This document shows, one piece after another, positions 1-9,595 of a stretch of 64,000 bases of DNA. The DNA lies in NCBI GenBank assembly GCA_964606485.1, contig CAZSGP010000002.1, positions 202,766 to 266,765 on the forward strand. Reading direction: 5' to 3'. The position numbers and the translations under genes were made by a program. How positions within the stretch are numbered: position 1 is the stretch's first letter; each line of letters opens with the position of its first letter. The stretch comes from an uncultured Planctomycetia bacterium. Lineage in GTDB: Bacteria > Omnitrophota > Gorgyraeia > 2-02-FULL-51-18. The notes beneath the pieces were generated by a model. The model did not search any database and was not told the DNA's origin. It saw nothing but the letters and a program-made list of their open reading frames with translations.

Positions 1-489
1 AACTTCTTTTAAGCCGCCGGCGTCATTGGGCGAACTCGATAGGACCTCTATCTTAAAACCTTGAAGCTGAGCAAAGCGTGTGTACATGCGAAAAAGCTCG
101 GCCGCAAAAAGACCGGCTTCTAAACCGCCGGTACCCGCACGAATTTCAAGGATCGCATTTTTAGAAAACATCGGATCTTCTTGAATAAACAGCGCCTCAA
201 GATCTTTGGTTTGTTTTTCAAGTCGCGATTCAAGATCGGTGACTTCCATGGCCGCCATCTCAGCTATCTCAGCGTGGGATTTGTCAGAAGCCATTTTCTT
301 AGCCTCGGCGAGTTCCAATAAAATTTTGTCGTACTCTTTGTAAAATTTCCCGATTTGGGCCAATAGACGGAATTCCTTGCCGAGATCTCGCAGTTTGTTC
401 TGGTCCTGAGACACAGCCGGGTCCTGAAGAAGCAATTCGACTTCTTCGAGGCGTTTTAATTTTTCGGGGATTCTTTTTAAGAAGCGCAT
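1..489 (-). CDS. prfA: Peptide chain release factor 1, N-terminal part. The gene continues beyond the window start.
   Basis: The reverse-strand reading from the ATG at 487-489 gives MRFLKRIPEKLKRLEEVELLLQDP...NAILEIRAGTGGLEAGLFAAELFRMYTRFAQLQGFKIEVL, which is a typical RF1 N-terminal region including the GTGG segment. It is absent from the ORF track because it runs off the window edge. Confidence 0.8.
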   Translation of the reverse strand, partial: MRFLKRIPEKLKRLEEVELLLQDPAVSQDQNKLRDLGKEFRLLAQIGKFYKEYDKILLELAEAKKMASDKSHAEIAEMAAMEVTDLESRLEKQTKDLEALFIQEDPMFSKNAILEIRAGTGGLEAGLFAAELFRMYTRFAQLQGFKIEVLSSSPNDAGGLKEV

Positions 490-528
490 AAAAAAGAAGC
501 CAGGAGACCGGGGTTAACCCGGCTCCTG
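490..528 (-). terminator. Intrinsic terminator-like hairpin plus T-run between rpmE and prfA.
   Basis: The minus strand reads AGGAGCCGGGttaaCCCCGGTCTCCT, a stem of about 10 bp with one bulge, followed by ggcTTCTTTTTT immediately before the prfA ATG. Confidence 0.45.
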
Positions 529-545
529 ACTTCGCTTTTTGAAAG

Positions 546-746
546 TTACTTCTTTCCGTATTTCTTTTGAAACTTCTCGACGCGACCTGCGCTGTCGATA
601 AATTTCTGCTTACCCGTAAAGAAGGGGTGGCAGCTGGAGCAGATTTCCACACGGATATTCTGCTTGGTCGAACGCGTGTGAATCACGTTGCCGCACTGGC
701 AGGTGATCGTCGTGTCGTGGTACTTGGGGTGAATTTTCTCTTTCAT
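546..746 (-). CDS. rpmE: 50S ribosomal protein L31.
   Basis: The 66 aa product [27 protein letters not shown]...[13 protein letters not shown] carries the CxxC...CxxC zinc-ribbon L31 signature. Confidence 0.9.
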   Translation of the reverse strand: MKEKIHPKYHDTTITCQCGNVIHTRSTKQNIRVEICSSCHPFFTGKQKFIDSAGRVEKFQKKYGKK

Positions 747-756
747 GGTTTTCTCC

Positions 757-2010
757 TTAAGCTCGGTTCATGCTCTTTAAAAAATCTTTGTTCGTCTTGG
801 TCTTTGAGATCTTCTCAATTAGAAGCTCCATCGCTTCGGTTGAGTTGAGCTCATTCAGCACCTTGCGAAGGACCCAGATTTTAGCAAGATCTTCGCCAGG
901 AACCAAGAGCTCTTCTTTGCGCGTGTTAGAGCGCTTAATATCGATCGCAGGGTAAATCCGGCGCTGGAACAAGTTGCGATCCAGCTGCAACTCCATATTT
1001 CCAGTTCCTTTAAACTCTTCAAAAATGACTTCGTCCATTCTGGAACCCGTATCTACAAGAGCTGTGGCGATAATTGTAAGACTTCCACCCTCTTCAAGGC
1101 AACGAGCCGCTCCAAAAAACCGCTTGGGCCGGTGAAGCGCGTTCGAATCCACACCACCAGTGAGAATTTTACCCGAATGCGGCACCGTGGTGTTGTAAGC
1201 ACGCGCCAAACGCGTAATGCTGTCCAGCAAAATCACGACGTCCTTTTTGCACTCCACTAAACGCTTCGCTTTTTCGATCACCATTTCGGCAACTTGCACG
1301 TGACGTTCGGCTGGCTCATCAAAAGTAGAGCTAATCACTTCGCCCTTAACGGAACGTTGCATGTCTGTCACTTCTTCCGGGCGTTCGTCGATGAGAAGCA
1401 CAATCATCATCGTTTCTGGGTGGTTCGTCGTGATCGCATTGGCGATTTTCGACAACAGCACCGTTTTACCGCTATAAGGCGGGGCGACGATCAAACCGCG
1501 CTGTCCCTTGCCCATCGGGGCCAAGAGATCGACGATGCGCGTGGATACTTCATCCGGATGGACTTCTAATTTCCACTTTTCCTTCGGATAAAGCGGTGTG
1601 AGATCATCAAAAAGAATTTTTTCTTTTCCTTCAGAGGCTTCTCCGTTTACTTTTTCCACCATGAGAAGCGCAAAATACCGCTCCCCTTCTTTCGGGGGAC
1701 GGATTTGACCGCGAACGGTGTCTCCCGTGCGCAAATTAAACTTGCGGATCTGGGACGGAGAAACATAAATGTCATCCGGGCACGGCAAGTAATTGTAGTT
1801 AGGAGAGCGCAAAAATCCGAAACCATCCTGAAGAATTTCCAGCACGCCCTCTCCGATCATAACGCCTTCACTAGCCGGCTGAGCCTGGAGAATTCTAAAA
1901 ATCAGGTCCTGCTTTTTAAGGCCGGTTGCACCAACAACTTTCAGTTGCTGTGCCAAGCCGGCAAGCTCGGACATTTTCATTTTTTTGAGTTTTGTTGCGT
2001 CCATATCCAT
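757..2010 (-). CDS. rho: Transcription termination factor Rho.
   Basis: 417 aa. It has an N-terminal RNA-binding region and the Rho ATPase P-loop [14 protein letters not shown]. The SD sequence AAGGAG sits about 10 nt upstream of the ATG. Confidence 0.9.
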   Translation of the reverse strand: MDMDATKLKKMKMSELAGLAQQLKVVGATGLKKQDLIFRILQAQPASEGVMIGEGVLEILQDGFGFLRSPNYNYLPCPDDIYVSPSQIRKFNLRTGDTVRGQIRPPKEGERYFALLMVEKVNGEASEGKEKILFDDLTPLYPKEKWKLEVHPDEVSTRIVDLLAPMGKGQRGLIVAPPYSGKTVLLSKIANAITTNHPETMMIVLLIDERPEEVTDMQRSVKGEVISSTFDEPAERHVQVAEMVIEKAKRLVECKKDVVILLDSITRLARAYNTTVPHSGKILTGGVDSNALHRPKRFFGAARCLEEGGSLTIIATALVDTGSRMDEVIFEEFKGTGNMELQLDRNLFQRRIYPAIDIKRSNTRKEELLVPGEDLAKIWVLRKVLNELNSTEAMELLIEKISKTKTNKDFLKSMNRA

Positions 2011-2014
2011 CTTT

Positions 2015-2617
2015 CTATTTCTCCTTTTTAGAATTGCTAATTTTTTTAAAAACTTCTTTGACGTTCTTTTCCAAATCTTTGATGGAGCCAGAATTACGGA
2101 TCACGTAATCCGCCATCTTTTCTTTTTTGGCTGCACTCCACTGTGATGACAAAATTTTTTGAGCAAGCTTTCGTTCCACCCCTCTTAACAGAGCTCGTTT
2201 TAAAATATGCGGCGTTGGACTTGAAACCACCACCGTCACATCGCAAAGCCCTTCCATCTTCGACTCAAATAATAGAGGCACATCCAGAACCACTGCCTCC
2301 GCTTTGCCCAACCAGCTCTTCACAAACGACAAACTCTCAAAGATGACTCCCGGGTGGACAAGTGTGTTGAGCATTTTTAAATCCTTGGGGCTCGCAAAGA
2401 CGCGAGCAGCCAGCTTCTTACGGTCCAGCTCTCCATCTGCTTTTAAATAATCTTTTCCAAAAATTTTAACCACCGCCTTATACTCAGGCTTACCTTTTTT
2501 CAACGCCTTTTTAGCGCAAACGTCAGCGTCAAAAACTTTTGCGCCTAGTTTCTTAAAGAATGCTGTCGCTTGTGATTTGCCCGAGGCAAATGAACCCGTT
2601 AACCCAATAACGATCAT
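2015..2617 (-). CDS. coaE: Dephospho-CoA kinase.
   Basis: 200 aa. The N-terminus [16 protein letters not shown] contains the P-loop and the overall similarity is to the CoaE family. Confidence 0.85.
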   Translation of the reverse strand: MIVIGLTGSFASGKSQATAFFKKLGAKVFDADVCAKKALKKGKPEYKAVVKIFGKDYLKADGELDRKKLAARVFASPKDLKMLNTLVHPGVIFESLSFVKSWLGKAEAVVLDVPLLFESKMEGLCDVTVVVSSPTPHILKRALLRGVERKLAQKILSSQWSAAKKEKMADYVIRNSGSIKDLEKNVKEVFKKISNSKKEK

Positions 2618-3990
2618 AAACTTAGAATTTCCTCATAATATTTTTTATATTCGACGGCACTTTTATCCCAGGAAAAATCCTGGCACATACCGCGCTGCTG
2701 CAAAGCTTTCCATTTTTCTTTCTGGCCAAATTGCGTTAGCGCCCGGCGAATCGCTTCATAAAAATTTTCAGGACTACGTTTTTCAAATACGAATCCGTTT
2801 CCGGCTATCGGATTTTGGTCTACATCGACCACAGTGTCTGCCAAGCCTCCGGTTTTACGCACGACCGGGATCGTTCCATACCGCAAGCTAATCATCTGCC
2901 CAAGACCACAGGGCTCAAAAAAAGACGGCATCAAAAACAAATCTGCTCCCGAATAAATGCGGTGCGCCGCCTCTGCGTCAAAACCGATCTGAATAAACAC
3001 TTTTCTGACATGACGCGCACGTATATTTTGAAACAAAGTGTGATAAACCGAGTCCCCTTCACCCAAAAGAACCAGCTGCACATTCTCCGACAGAATCTTG
3101 TCGGCGATTTCAGAAAAAATTTCAAATCCCTTTTGCTCGGCAAGCCGCGAAACAATGGCAAGCACCGGCGTTTCGGCATTTTGCTCTAATCCACAAGCCT
3201 TTTGGAGAGCGGACTTACACTCGGTTTTGCCTGTTAAATCCTCAGCCGAATAATTCTTTGGGATGTGCCTGTCTGTTTTAGGATTCCACATTTCAACATC
3301 AATTCCGTTAAGGAACCCGCGCAGAACGTTTTGACGACGTCGAACCACGCCATCCAGCCCAAACCCAAATTCATCGGTTTGAATTTCCCGCGCGTATGTC
3401 GGACTCACCGTGTTCACGCCATCCGCAAATAAAATGCCGGCCTTTAATAAATTTGCGCGTCCGTGGAACTCGAATCCATCCACACTGAACCATTCCTCGC
3501 CCATTCCTGTTTCCGGGTAAAGCCGGTGCGGAAACTGCCCTTGGTAAGCTAGATTGTGTATGGTTAAAACAGATTTAGTATTTTGAAAGAACGGATCGTT
3601 TCTTAAAATTGTCTTTAAATACGCCGGAAGCAGTGCCGTCTGCCAGTCATGCGCATGAATCAAGTCCGGTTTAAAATTTTTGGCTTGCGCCGTCTTTATT
3701 GCTTCCTGACAAAGAAACGAAAATCGTTGTAAATTGTCTTCGTAATCGCCGCCGCCGTTGCCGTACACGCCGGAGCGGTTAAAATAGGCTTCGTGTTCAA
3801 CAAAATGAATCTCGACATTTGGCGCGAGCCGTCCCGATGCCTGACTCACCCCCCGGTGCCGCGGGGTCACAATAAGGAGCTCTAACCCCAATCTCCCGAG
3901 TGCCAGCGGCAACGAACCAGTCACGTCCGCTAAACCGCCGGTTTTTGAAAACGGGGCCACTTCGCTTGCGCAGAATAAAACCTTCATCAA
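2614..3990 (-). CDS. glgA: Glycogen synthase (ADP-glucose type, GT5).
   Basis: 458 aa. The N-terminal motif MKVLFCASEVAPFSKTGGLADV is the canonical GlgA KTGGL motif. Confidence 0.85.
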   Translation of the reverse strand: MMKVLFCASEVAPFSKTGGLADVTGSLPLALGRLGLELLIVTPRHRGVSQASGRLAPNVEIHFVEHEAYFNRSGVYGNGGGDYEDNLQRFSFLCQEAIKTAQAKNFKPDLIHAHDWQTALLPAYLKTILRNDPFFQNTKSVLTIHNLAYQGQFPHRLYPETGMGEEWFSVDGFEFHGRANLLKAGILFADGVNTVSPTYAREIQTDEFGFGLDGVVRRRQNVLRGFLNGIDVEMWNPKTDRHIPKNYSAEDLTGKTECKSALQKACGLEQNAETPVLAIVSRLAEQKGFEIFSEIADKILSENVQLVLLGEGDSVYHTLFQNIRARHVRKVFIQIGFDAEAAHRIYSGADLFLMPSFFEPCGLGQMISLRYGTIPVVRKTGGLADTVVDVDQNPIAGNGFVFEKRSPENFYEAIRRALTQFGQKEKWKALQQRGMCQDFSWDKSAVEYKKYYEEILSL

Positions 3991-4000
3991 ACGACCCAGT

Positions 4001-4096
4001 AGCCGACTGATGGGTGACGGCGGTAGGCGTCCGTTTCGGGACCTGCGTCAGCAGCAGACCGAACGGACAACCGCCGGCAGGACCCATCAGTCGGCT
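4001..4096. repeat. GC-rich imperfect palindromic element, family B copy 1. It sits exactly between the polA stop and the glgA start.
   Basis: The outer 15-bp perfect inverted repeat is AGCCGACTGATGGGT...ACCCATCAGTCGGCT. Inside it lies GGGTGACGGCGGTAGGCG...CAACCGCCGGCAGGACCC. GC content is far above the surroundings. The right arm overlaps the polA stop codon at 4087-4089. A second copy lies at 50940-51042 in the opposite orientation. Confidence 0.6.
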
Positions 4097-6786
4097 GCAT
4101 AATCCTCCATGTCCAACCAATTGGGCCCGACTTTCACGTCTACCTTGAGCGGCACATTAAACGAAACCGCTGACTGCATTTTGTGGCGCGCGAGCTTCAC
4201 GAGCTTGGATAATTCCTTGTCGGGAACTTCGAACAACAATTCGTCATGCACTTGCAAAATCATTTTGGATTCAAACTTTTCTTTTTCGAGCACCTGCGCG
4301 ATATCGTTCATCGCGATCTTAATAATGTCACTCGCGGTCCCCTGAATCGGCGCGTTAATAGCGGTGCGCTCCGCAAAACTGCGAAACCGACCGTCGTTCG
4401 ACTTTATCTCCGGAATGTACCGTCGCCGCTTAAACGCCGTCGAAACAAATCCGTCTTTACGGGCCTTCTCGAGAGTCTCGTCCAAGCATGCTTTCACTCG
4501 AGGGTACCGATCGAAATACGCTTTGATAAAATCTTTTGCGGCTTCGTGACTCGTACCCAAGCTTTTGGCTAAGCTAAACGCGCCCATTCCGTACAACACA
4601 CCAAAATTTACGGTCTTTGCCGAGTCACGCATCTCCTCGGTGACGTCCGCCATTTTCACGTTAAAAATGAGGCTCGCCGTGTGACGGTGAATATCCGCGC
4701 CGTTCTTGAAAGCTTGGATCAACTGCTCGTCTTCGCATAAATGCGCGAGCACCCGCAATTCGATCTGCGAATAATCGGCAGATACTAACTTAAATGTCTT
4801 GGCCTTGGCCACAAACGCCCGGCGAATCTTCCGACCCTCTTCACTGCGAACGGGTATGTTCTGCACGTTGGGATCGCTCGACGACAAGCGCCCGGTCGCC
4901 GTCACGGTCTGATTAAACGAGGTATGCACGCGCCCGGTCTTTGGGTTCACCAGAGTCGGTAAAGCGTCCACATAGGTGGATTTTAGCTTTGAAATTTCCC
5001 TGAACTTTAATATTTCTTTGGGAAGTGAGTGAATTTCGGAAAGCTCTTGCAAAACCTCCACGTCCGTAGACGCTCCGGTCTTTGTCTTTTTTACCACAGG
5101 AAGCTTCAGTTTTTCAAATAAAATTTCTGCCATCTGTTTAGGGGAGTTGATGTTGAATTCCTGCCCCGCCTGCTTATGGATTTTCTTAGTCAGCAATTCC
5201 AGCGTCTTTTGCATCTCATGGGACAGGTCACTCAGAAGCTCGCGGTCAATCGCCACTCCCTCGGCCTCCATGTCGGCCAGCACCGAAACAAGCGGCATTT
5301 CTATTTTTTCGAAAAGATCGCTCAAATCCTTTTCATTCAGTTTCTGATGAAGCAATTTGTAGAGCCTGAACGTCACATCCGCGTCCTGACAGCCGTAATT
5401 GTAAACTTTGTCGAGCGGCACATCGGCCATCGTAATTTGCTTAGCCCCTTTTCCGATCAGCTCCGTAATCGACGTGATGCGGATTCCGAGCTGCTCCATC
5501 GCAATGTCGTCCAGATTATGATTGGGTTTGGCGGGATTCAGACAATACGACGCCACCATCGTGTCAAAATGCACCCCTTTCAAATGAATGCCAAAATTTC
5601 TTAAAATCAGCATTTCGTATTTGATATTTTGACCGATCTTTTTAATTTTTGGATCCTCAAACAAAGCCTTGAGGCTCGTTAGACATTTATCGGCGTGAAG
5701 AATATTTTTAGATTCAAACAATCCCTGCTTTACAGCGAAAGCTACAAAGTAAGCTTCTTTTTCAGCAAAACAAAAGGAAATTCCAACCGGTTCCGCTAGA
5801 AGTGGGTCGGTGCCGGTGGTTTCAAAATCAAACGACCATTCCTTGTGCTTCGAGAGCTTCGCCTTGAGTGCTTCGAATGATTTTTCGTCTTCCACGAGAT
5901 GATACGACAGCTTTTCATCATCAACATTTTTCTTTTCCTCGACAGGCAAACCCTTCAAAAGACTGCGGAACTCAAGCGACTGATATAGCGGGCCGAGCTT
6001 CTGAAGGTCCGGCTCTTTGAGTTTTAGACTCTCAATATCCAGATCGATCGGGACTTTGCGTTCAATGGTAGCAAGCATCAAAGACATGCGCGCCTGGTCT
6101 TTGTACGTCTCGAGATTTGCTTTTAATTTCTCGCCTTTAATTTTAGAAATATTTTTGAGTACGCCCTCTAAGTCTCCGTACTCTTGAATTAAAGGAATAG
6201 CGGTCTTTTCTCCCACTCCAGGCACACCGGGAATATTGTCGGAAGTGTCCCCCATTAGCGCCATGACCTGCACCACGCGTCCCGGCTCGACCCCAAAGCG
6301 TTCTTTGACTTTCTCTTCATCGTAAATGAAATTATCTTTTTGAGGGTTCACCACTTTCACTTTCGAATCCACAAGCTGTAGCGCGTCTTTGTCGGAGGTA
6401 ACCACAAAAACCTGATGACCTTTAGATTTTAATTTTTCGGCAAGCGTCGCCATCACGTCATCGGCTTCAAATCCCTCCTTCTCGAAAATAGGGATATTCA
6501 TGGCTCGAAGCACCGTTTTAATCACCGGCATTTGAAGAACAAGATCGTCGGGCATGGGTTTTCGCTGAATCTTATAGTCGTCGTAGGCCTTGTGACGAAA
6601 CGTCGGGCCTTTTAAGTCAAACGTCACCGCCAGACCGTCCGGATTCAAGTCCTTTACTGTTTTTTCCAGCATCGTAATGAATCCGTACACCGCATTGGTA
6701 GGCTCGCCTTTGGAATTACGAAGTTCGCGAATCGCATAAAATGCGCGGTAACAAAATGAATTTCCGTCTAAGAGAGCAAATTTCAT
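4087..6786 (-). CDS. polA: DNA polymerase I, with 5'-3' exonuclease, 3'-5' exonuclease and polymerase domains.
   Basis: 899 aa with Pol I family architecture. The conserved polymerase motifs DYSQIELR and QVHDEL are present. Confidence 0.9.
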   Translation of the reverse strand: MKFALLDGNSFCYRAFYAIRELRNSKGEPTNAVYGFITMLEKTVKDLNPDGLAVTFDLKGPTFRHKAYDDYKIQRKPMPDDLVLQMPVIKTVLRAMNIPIFEKEGFEADDVMATLAEKLKSKGHQVFVVTSDKDALQLVDSKVKVVNPQKDNFIYDEEKVKERFGVEPGRVVQVMALMGDTSDNIPGVPGVGEKTAIPLIQEYGDLEGVLKNISKIKGEKLKANLETYKDQARMSLMLATIERKVPIDLDIESLKLKEPDLQKLGPLYQSLEFRSLLKGLPVEEKKNVDDEKLSYHLVEDEKSFEALKAKLSKHKEWSFDFETTGTDPLLAEPVGISFCFAEKEAYFVAFAVKQGLFESKNILHADKCLTSLKALFEDPKIKKIGQNIKYEMLILRNFGIHLKGVHFDTMVASYCLNPAKPNHNLDDIAMEQLGIRITSITELIGKGAKQITMADVPLDKVYNYGCQDADVTFRLYKLLHQKLNEKDLSDLFEKIEMPLVSVLADMEAEGVAIDRELLSDLSHEMQKTLELLTKKIHKQAGQEFNINSPKQMAEILFEKLKLPVVKKTKTGASTDVEVLQELSEIHSLPKEILKFREISKLKSTYVDALPTLVNPKTGRVHTSFNQTVTATGRLSSSDPNVQNIPVRSEEGRKIRRAFVAKAKTFKLVSADYSQIELRVLAHLCEDEQLIQAFKNGADIHRHTASLIFNVKMADVTEEMRDSAKTVNFGVLYGMGAFSLAKSLGTSHEAAKDFIKAYFDRYPRVKACLDETLEKARKDGFVSTAFKRRRYIPEIKSNDGRFRSFAERTAINAPIQGTASDIIKIAMNDIAQVLEKEKFESKMILQVHDELLFEVPDKELSKLVKLARHKMQSAVSFNVPLKVDVKVGPNWLDMEDYAAD

Positions 6787-6821
6787 TGAACTAAACCCGG
6801 TTTATGTTTTTTTAGATTTCC

Positions 6822-7187
6822 CTATTGGCAGGCAACGATCAAATACGCTAAAAATGCGATCAGGACGGAACAAATGATGTAAAAGTCATTAAAGTACCAA
6901 AAATCTCTGAACTTGTCCGCGGTTGTCGGGGCAGCCACCGTTTCGTGATGTGAAAATGTTTCGGCTTTCTCCGGAAAAAGCTCTCGGTGAATGCGCCATT
7001 TGTTCTTCAGCTCTTCAATGTCTTCTTTGCGAAAACGCAAGAAAGCGCCGGCAATATTGTGCGTTGGGACCTGGTGTTGGTGAACCAAATCCCAAAGCTC
7101 AGCTTCAGTCACGTCCAAAAGCTGGGCGGCTTCGTGAACGTTTAAAAGATGTTCTTCTTCTAGGCCACTCGGCCGTTGGCTATCCAT
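6822..7187 (-). CDS. Small membrane-anchored protein with an N-terminal excisionase/MerR-type HTH domain and a C-terminal transmembrane helix.
   Basis: 121 aa. The HTH-like segment is LLNVHEAAQLLDVTEAELWDLVHQHQVP...FLRFRKEDIEEL. The hydrophobic C-terminus is FYIICSVLIAFLAYLIVA. It overlaps the upstream gene by 28 nt. Confidence 0.5.
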   Translation of the reverse strand: MDSQRPSGLEEEHLLNVHEAAQLLDVTEAELWDLVHQHQVPTHNIAGAFLRFRKEDIEELKNKWRIHRELFPEKAETFSHHETVAAPTTADKFRDFWYFNDFYIICSVLIAFLAYLIVACQ

Positions 7188-7705
7188 TCATCAACCTTTT
7201 GCTTTTCAAATCGCCACACTTCGCCGTCCCGCGAAGCCGGTAATTTCCCGGTCTCCGCCCATTCGGCGATCAAATTTTTTTCGACTGACAAATAATGCGC
7301 CACCTCATCCACCCCAAACAACACCCTACGGGCCTGTGTGGAGTGATTTTCCGCATCGGCGAGCATGCGGGAGGAGCCGTGAAAAATGCCGCCTTTTTCA
7401 ATTTCTAGCGTTGGGGTCTTAATGTTTCCACTCACCCGCGCTGTAGAGGTTAGTTTCAGTTCGGTTAGAGCTGTCACATCGCCCTGAAGGGTTCCAGCAA
7501 TCGTAATTCGCTCGCCAATAATATTGGCTTTTACGGTCGCGTGATCTCCAATAAACAAATCGCCCTTCGTTTCCAGATTTCCGTCGAAACTACCGTTAAT
7601 TCTGAGCTGAACCGCATCTTTAAAAACAAGATTTCCTTGCAAACTAGCGTCTACATCCAAAACCTTAGGTTCCTTCGAAGCATTCTTTCTACCGAGAATC
7701 GACAT
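7160..7705 (-). CDS. Bactofilin (polymer-forming cytoskeletal DUF583 domain) fused to a C-terminal excisionase-type HTH domain.
   Basis: 181 aa. Residues about 15-115 are bactofilin beta-helix repeats, for example GNIKTPTLEIEKGGIFHG. The C-terminus VLFGVDEVAHYLSVEKNLIAEWAETGKLPASRDGEVWRFEKQKVDEWI matches the HTH_17 pattern. The ATG start was verified. Confidence 0.65.
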   Translation of the reverse strand: MSILGRKNASKEPKVLDVDASLQGNLVFKDAVQLRINGSFDGNLETKGDLFIGDHATVKANIIGERITIAGTLQGDVTALTELKLTSTARVSGNIKTPTLEIEKGGIFHGSSRMLADAENHSTQARRVLFGVDEVAHYLSVEKNLIAEWAETGKLPASRDGEVWRFEKQKVDEWIANGRVA

Positions 7706-8724
7706 TAACCCTCCCTGCCTGCCGGCGGGCAGGCTTCTGTAAAGTTAGAGTAACTGGAAAGCTCAAGCCCATCGCGTTTACCCTCTTTGTACAGCGCCGC
7801 TCCCAGAGCCGCAATCATCGCGGCATTATCCTGGCACAAGCGGTTATCCGGAAATACGACTCGAACTCCGGTATTCTTAGACTGCTTCAAAAACTTTTGC
7901 CGTAAACGGCTGTTGGCGCTAACTCCGCCGCCCACGACCAGCGTTTTCAAACCATTCTGCTGCGCCGCTCTCAACGCTTTCTCGACTAGCACATCGCAAA
8001 CAGATTCCTGAAACCCAGCACAAATTGCTTTTTTCGCCGAAAGCGTTAGTTTTTTTTGTTTTTTTAGCGCTTCCACTTTATAAAAAACCGCGGTTTTAAT
8101 GCCGCTGAAGCTAAAATCGTAAGAATCTTTTGAAAGAATGGGACGTTTGAAGAATACTTTGGCGGGATCAGCCCCTTTTGCTAGCCGATCCACCTCTGGA
8201 CCACCAGGGTACCGTAGATTGAGCATTTTTGCAACCTTGTCAAAGGCTTCTCCGGCAGCATCATCGATGGTTCGACCGATCAGCGTCACTCGCGAGGGAC
8301 TTTCCATTTTAAGAATCAGCGTGTGCCCTCCCGAAACAACAAGACCTATAAACGGAAATTTTGCAAAGCCCGCATAAATATGGGCAATGACATGATCGAC
8401 GCCGATCAGCGGTTTTTGAAGCGAGAAAGCAAGGCTCTTCGCCGCCGAAAGCCCGACCAGCAAAGACCCCATAAGTCCCGGACCCTTGGTCACGGCAATT
8501 AAATCGATTTGCTTCGGCGAAACCTTTGCGGTTTTAAAAGCGCGATCCGTGCATTGCACCACCACCTCCAGATGAGAGCGCGACGCAATTTCAGGCACCA
8601 CTCCCCCGAATTCGGCGTGCTCTTTGAGGCTTGAGGCAACGATATTCGATAAAATTTTTTGACCATCTTTTAAAATCGCAACCGACGTTTCGTCGCAGGA
8701 AGTTTCAATGCCGAGTGTCAGCAA
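7705..8724 (-). CDS. tsaD: tRNA N6-adenosine threonylcarbamoyltransferase TsaD (Kae1/Gcp).
   Basis: 339 aa. The N-terminus MLTLGIETSCDETSVAIL together with the HxxH metal site VDHVIAHIY places it in the TsaD family. Confidence 0.85.
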   Translation of the reverse strand: MLTLGIETSCDETSVAILKDGQKILSNIVASSLKEHAEFGGVVPEIASRSHLEVVVQCTDRAFKTAKVSPKQIDLIAVTKGPGLMGSLLVGLSAAKSLAFSLQKPLIGVDHVIAHIYAGFAKFPFIGLVVSGGHTLILKMESPSRVTLIGRTIDDAAGEAFDKVAKMLNLRYPGGPEVDRLAKGADPAKVFFKRPILSKDSYDFSFSGIKTAVFYKVEALKKQKKLTLSAKKAICAGFQESVCDVLVEKALRAAQQNGLKTLVVGGGVSANSRLRQKFLKQSKNTGVRVVFPDNRLCQDNAAMIAALGAALYKEGKRDGLELSSYSNFTEACPPAGREG

Positions 8725-8730
8725 GACAGC

Positions 8731-9585
8731 TTATCTTTCAACAAGCTCTTTAACAAGCACGAGCCGCACGCCCTGCCGCTCGATTTCGGGAATCATTTCT
8801 CGAATCGCTTGAAGTGTTACTTTTTTGTCGTGACCAATCACCACCGCTTGGCCCTGAGAAAGACTGATTTGAATGGCTTTGCTGATTTGTTTTTTAATTT
8901 CATCTGATTTTGTAATATTATCGATAAACACGTCGCGCTTGGCATGCAGAATCCCAAGTTCTTTTGCGACTTTCCAGCCCACGGTATCTCCAGAGGTGTT
9001 GCTGTCCAAGAAAAATAAATTTTTCTTTTTTAATTCGCTTAAAACAATTTTCATAAGCCGTGTGTCCGCAGTCGCTGCCGAGCCCATATGATTGTTGACG
9101 CCCTCCAAATGTGGGATATCCGCGATTGCCGAATTTAAATATTCTCTGGCTTGGGACTCCGGCATACCCACCATCAGCGTATGTGGCTCAAGCGTGTCTT
9201 TTGTTTTTTTGGGCTGCATGGGCATGTGTAAAATTATTCCCAAATGATTCTGATATGCTCTTTCGGCAATATCATGAGTGTGCTTTAAATGCGGTAAGAT
9301 CGCTATCGTAAGAGGCCTTCCAATCGCCAGCGCATCGTCTAAAATCGGCGCATTCTGGCCCCAATCATCCAGTACGATTGCCATGCGCGCAGACGTGCGT
9401 GGTGTTTCGACGGCAGAAGAACCCTTGATCACTGATTTTTTAAGGGGTTTTAAAACCGGTGTTTCCGGGATTTTTTCTTCGGTGCTATAGCGAGCGCGCT
9501 CCTTTTTAAACACGCAGGACCGCACAACAAAAAAACTGACGACTAACACAAAAATAATTGAAAAAATAATTTTGAGATGCTTCAT
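8731..9585 (-). CDS. Divergent polysaccharide deacetylase family protein (YibQ-like) with an N-terminal membrane anchor.
   Basis: 284 aa. It has a transmembrane N-terminus and the motifs AIVLDDWGQ, TIAILPH, HMPMQP and NNHMGS that are typical of the YibQ/DUF610 family. Confidence 0.7.
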   Translation of the reverse strand: MKHLKIIFSIIFVLVVSFFVVRSCVFKKERARYSTEEKIPETPVLKPLKKSVIKGSSAVETPRTSARMAIVLDDWGQNAPILDDALAIGRPLTIAILPHLKHTHDIAERAYQNHLGIILHMPMQPKKTKDTLEPHTLMVGMPESQAREYLNSAIADIPHLEGVNNHMGSAATADTRLMKIVLSELKKKNLFFLDSNTSGDTVGWKVAKELGILHAKRDVFIDNITKSDEIKKQISKAIQISLSQGQAVVIGHDKKVTLQAIREMIPEIERQGVRLVLVKELVER

Positions 9586-9595
9586 AAATTTCGTC

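Noticed and set aside
299-652. A 117-aa minus-strand ORF spanning the prfA-rpmE junction.
   Set aside because: It is an out-of-frame shadow. It overlaps two strongly supported genes and the terminator hairpin, and has an Arg/Ser-rich low-complexity composition.
3797-4120. A 107-aa ORF crossing the GC-rich hairpin between glgA and polA.
   Set aside because: It is produced by the GC-rich palindrome, overlaps the glgA N-terminus and the polA C-terminus, and has no protein-like features.
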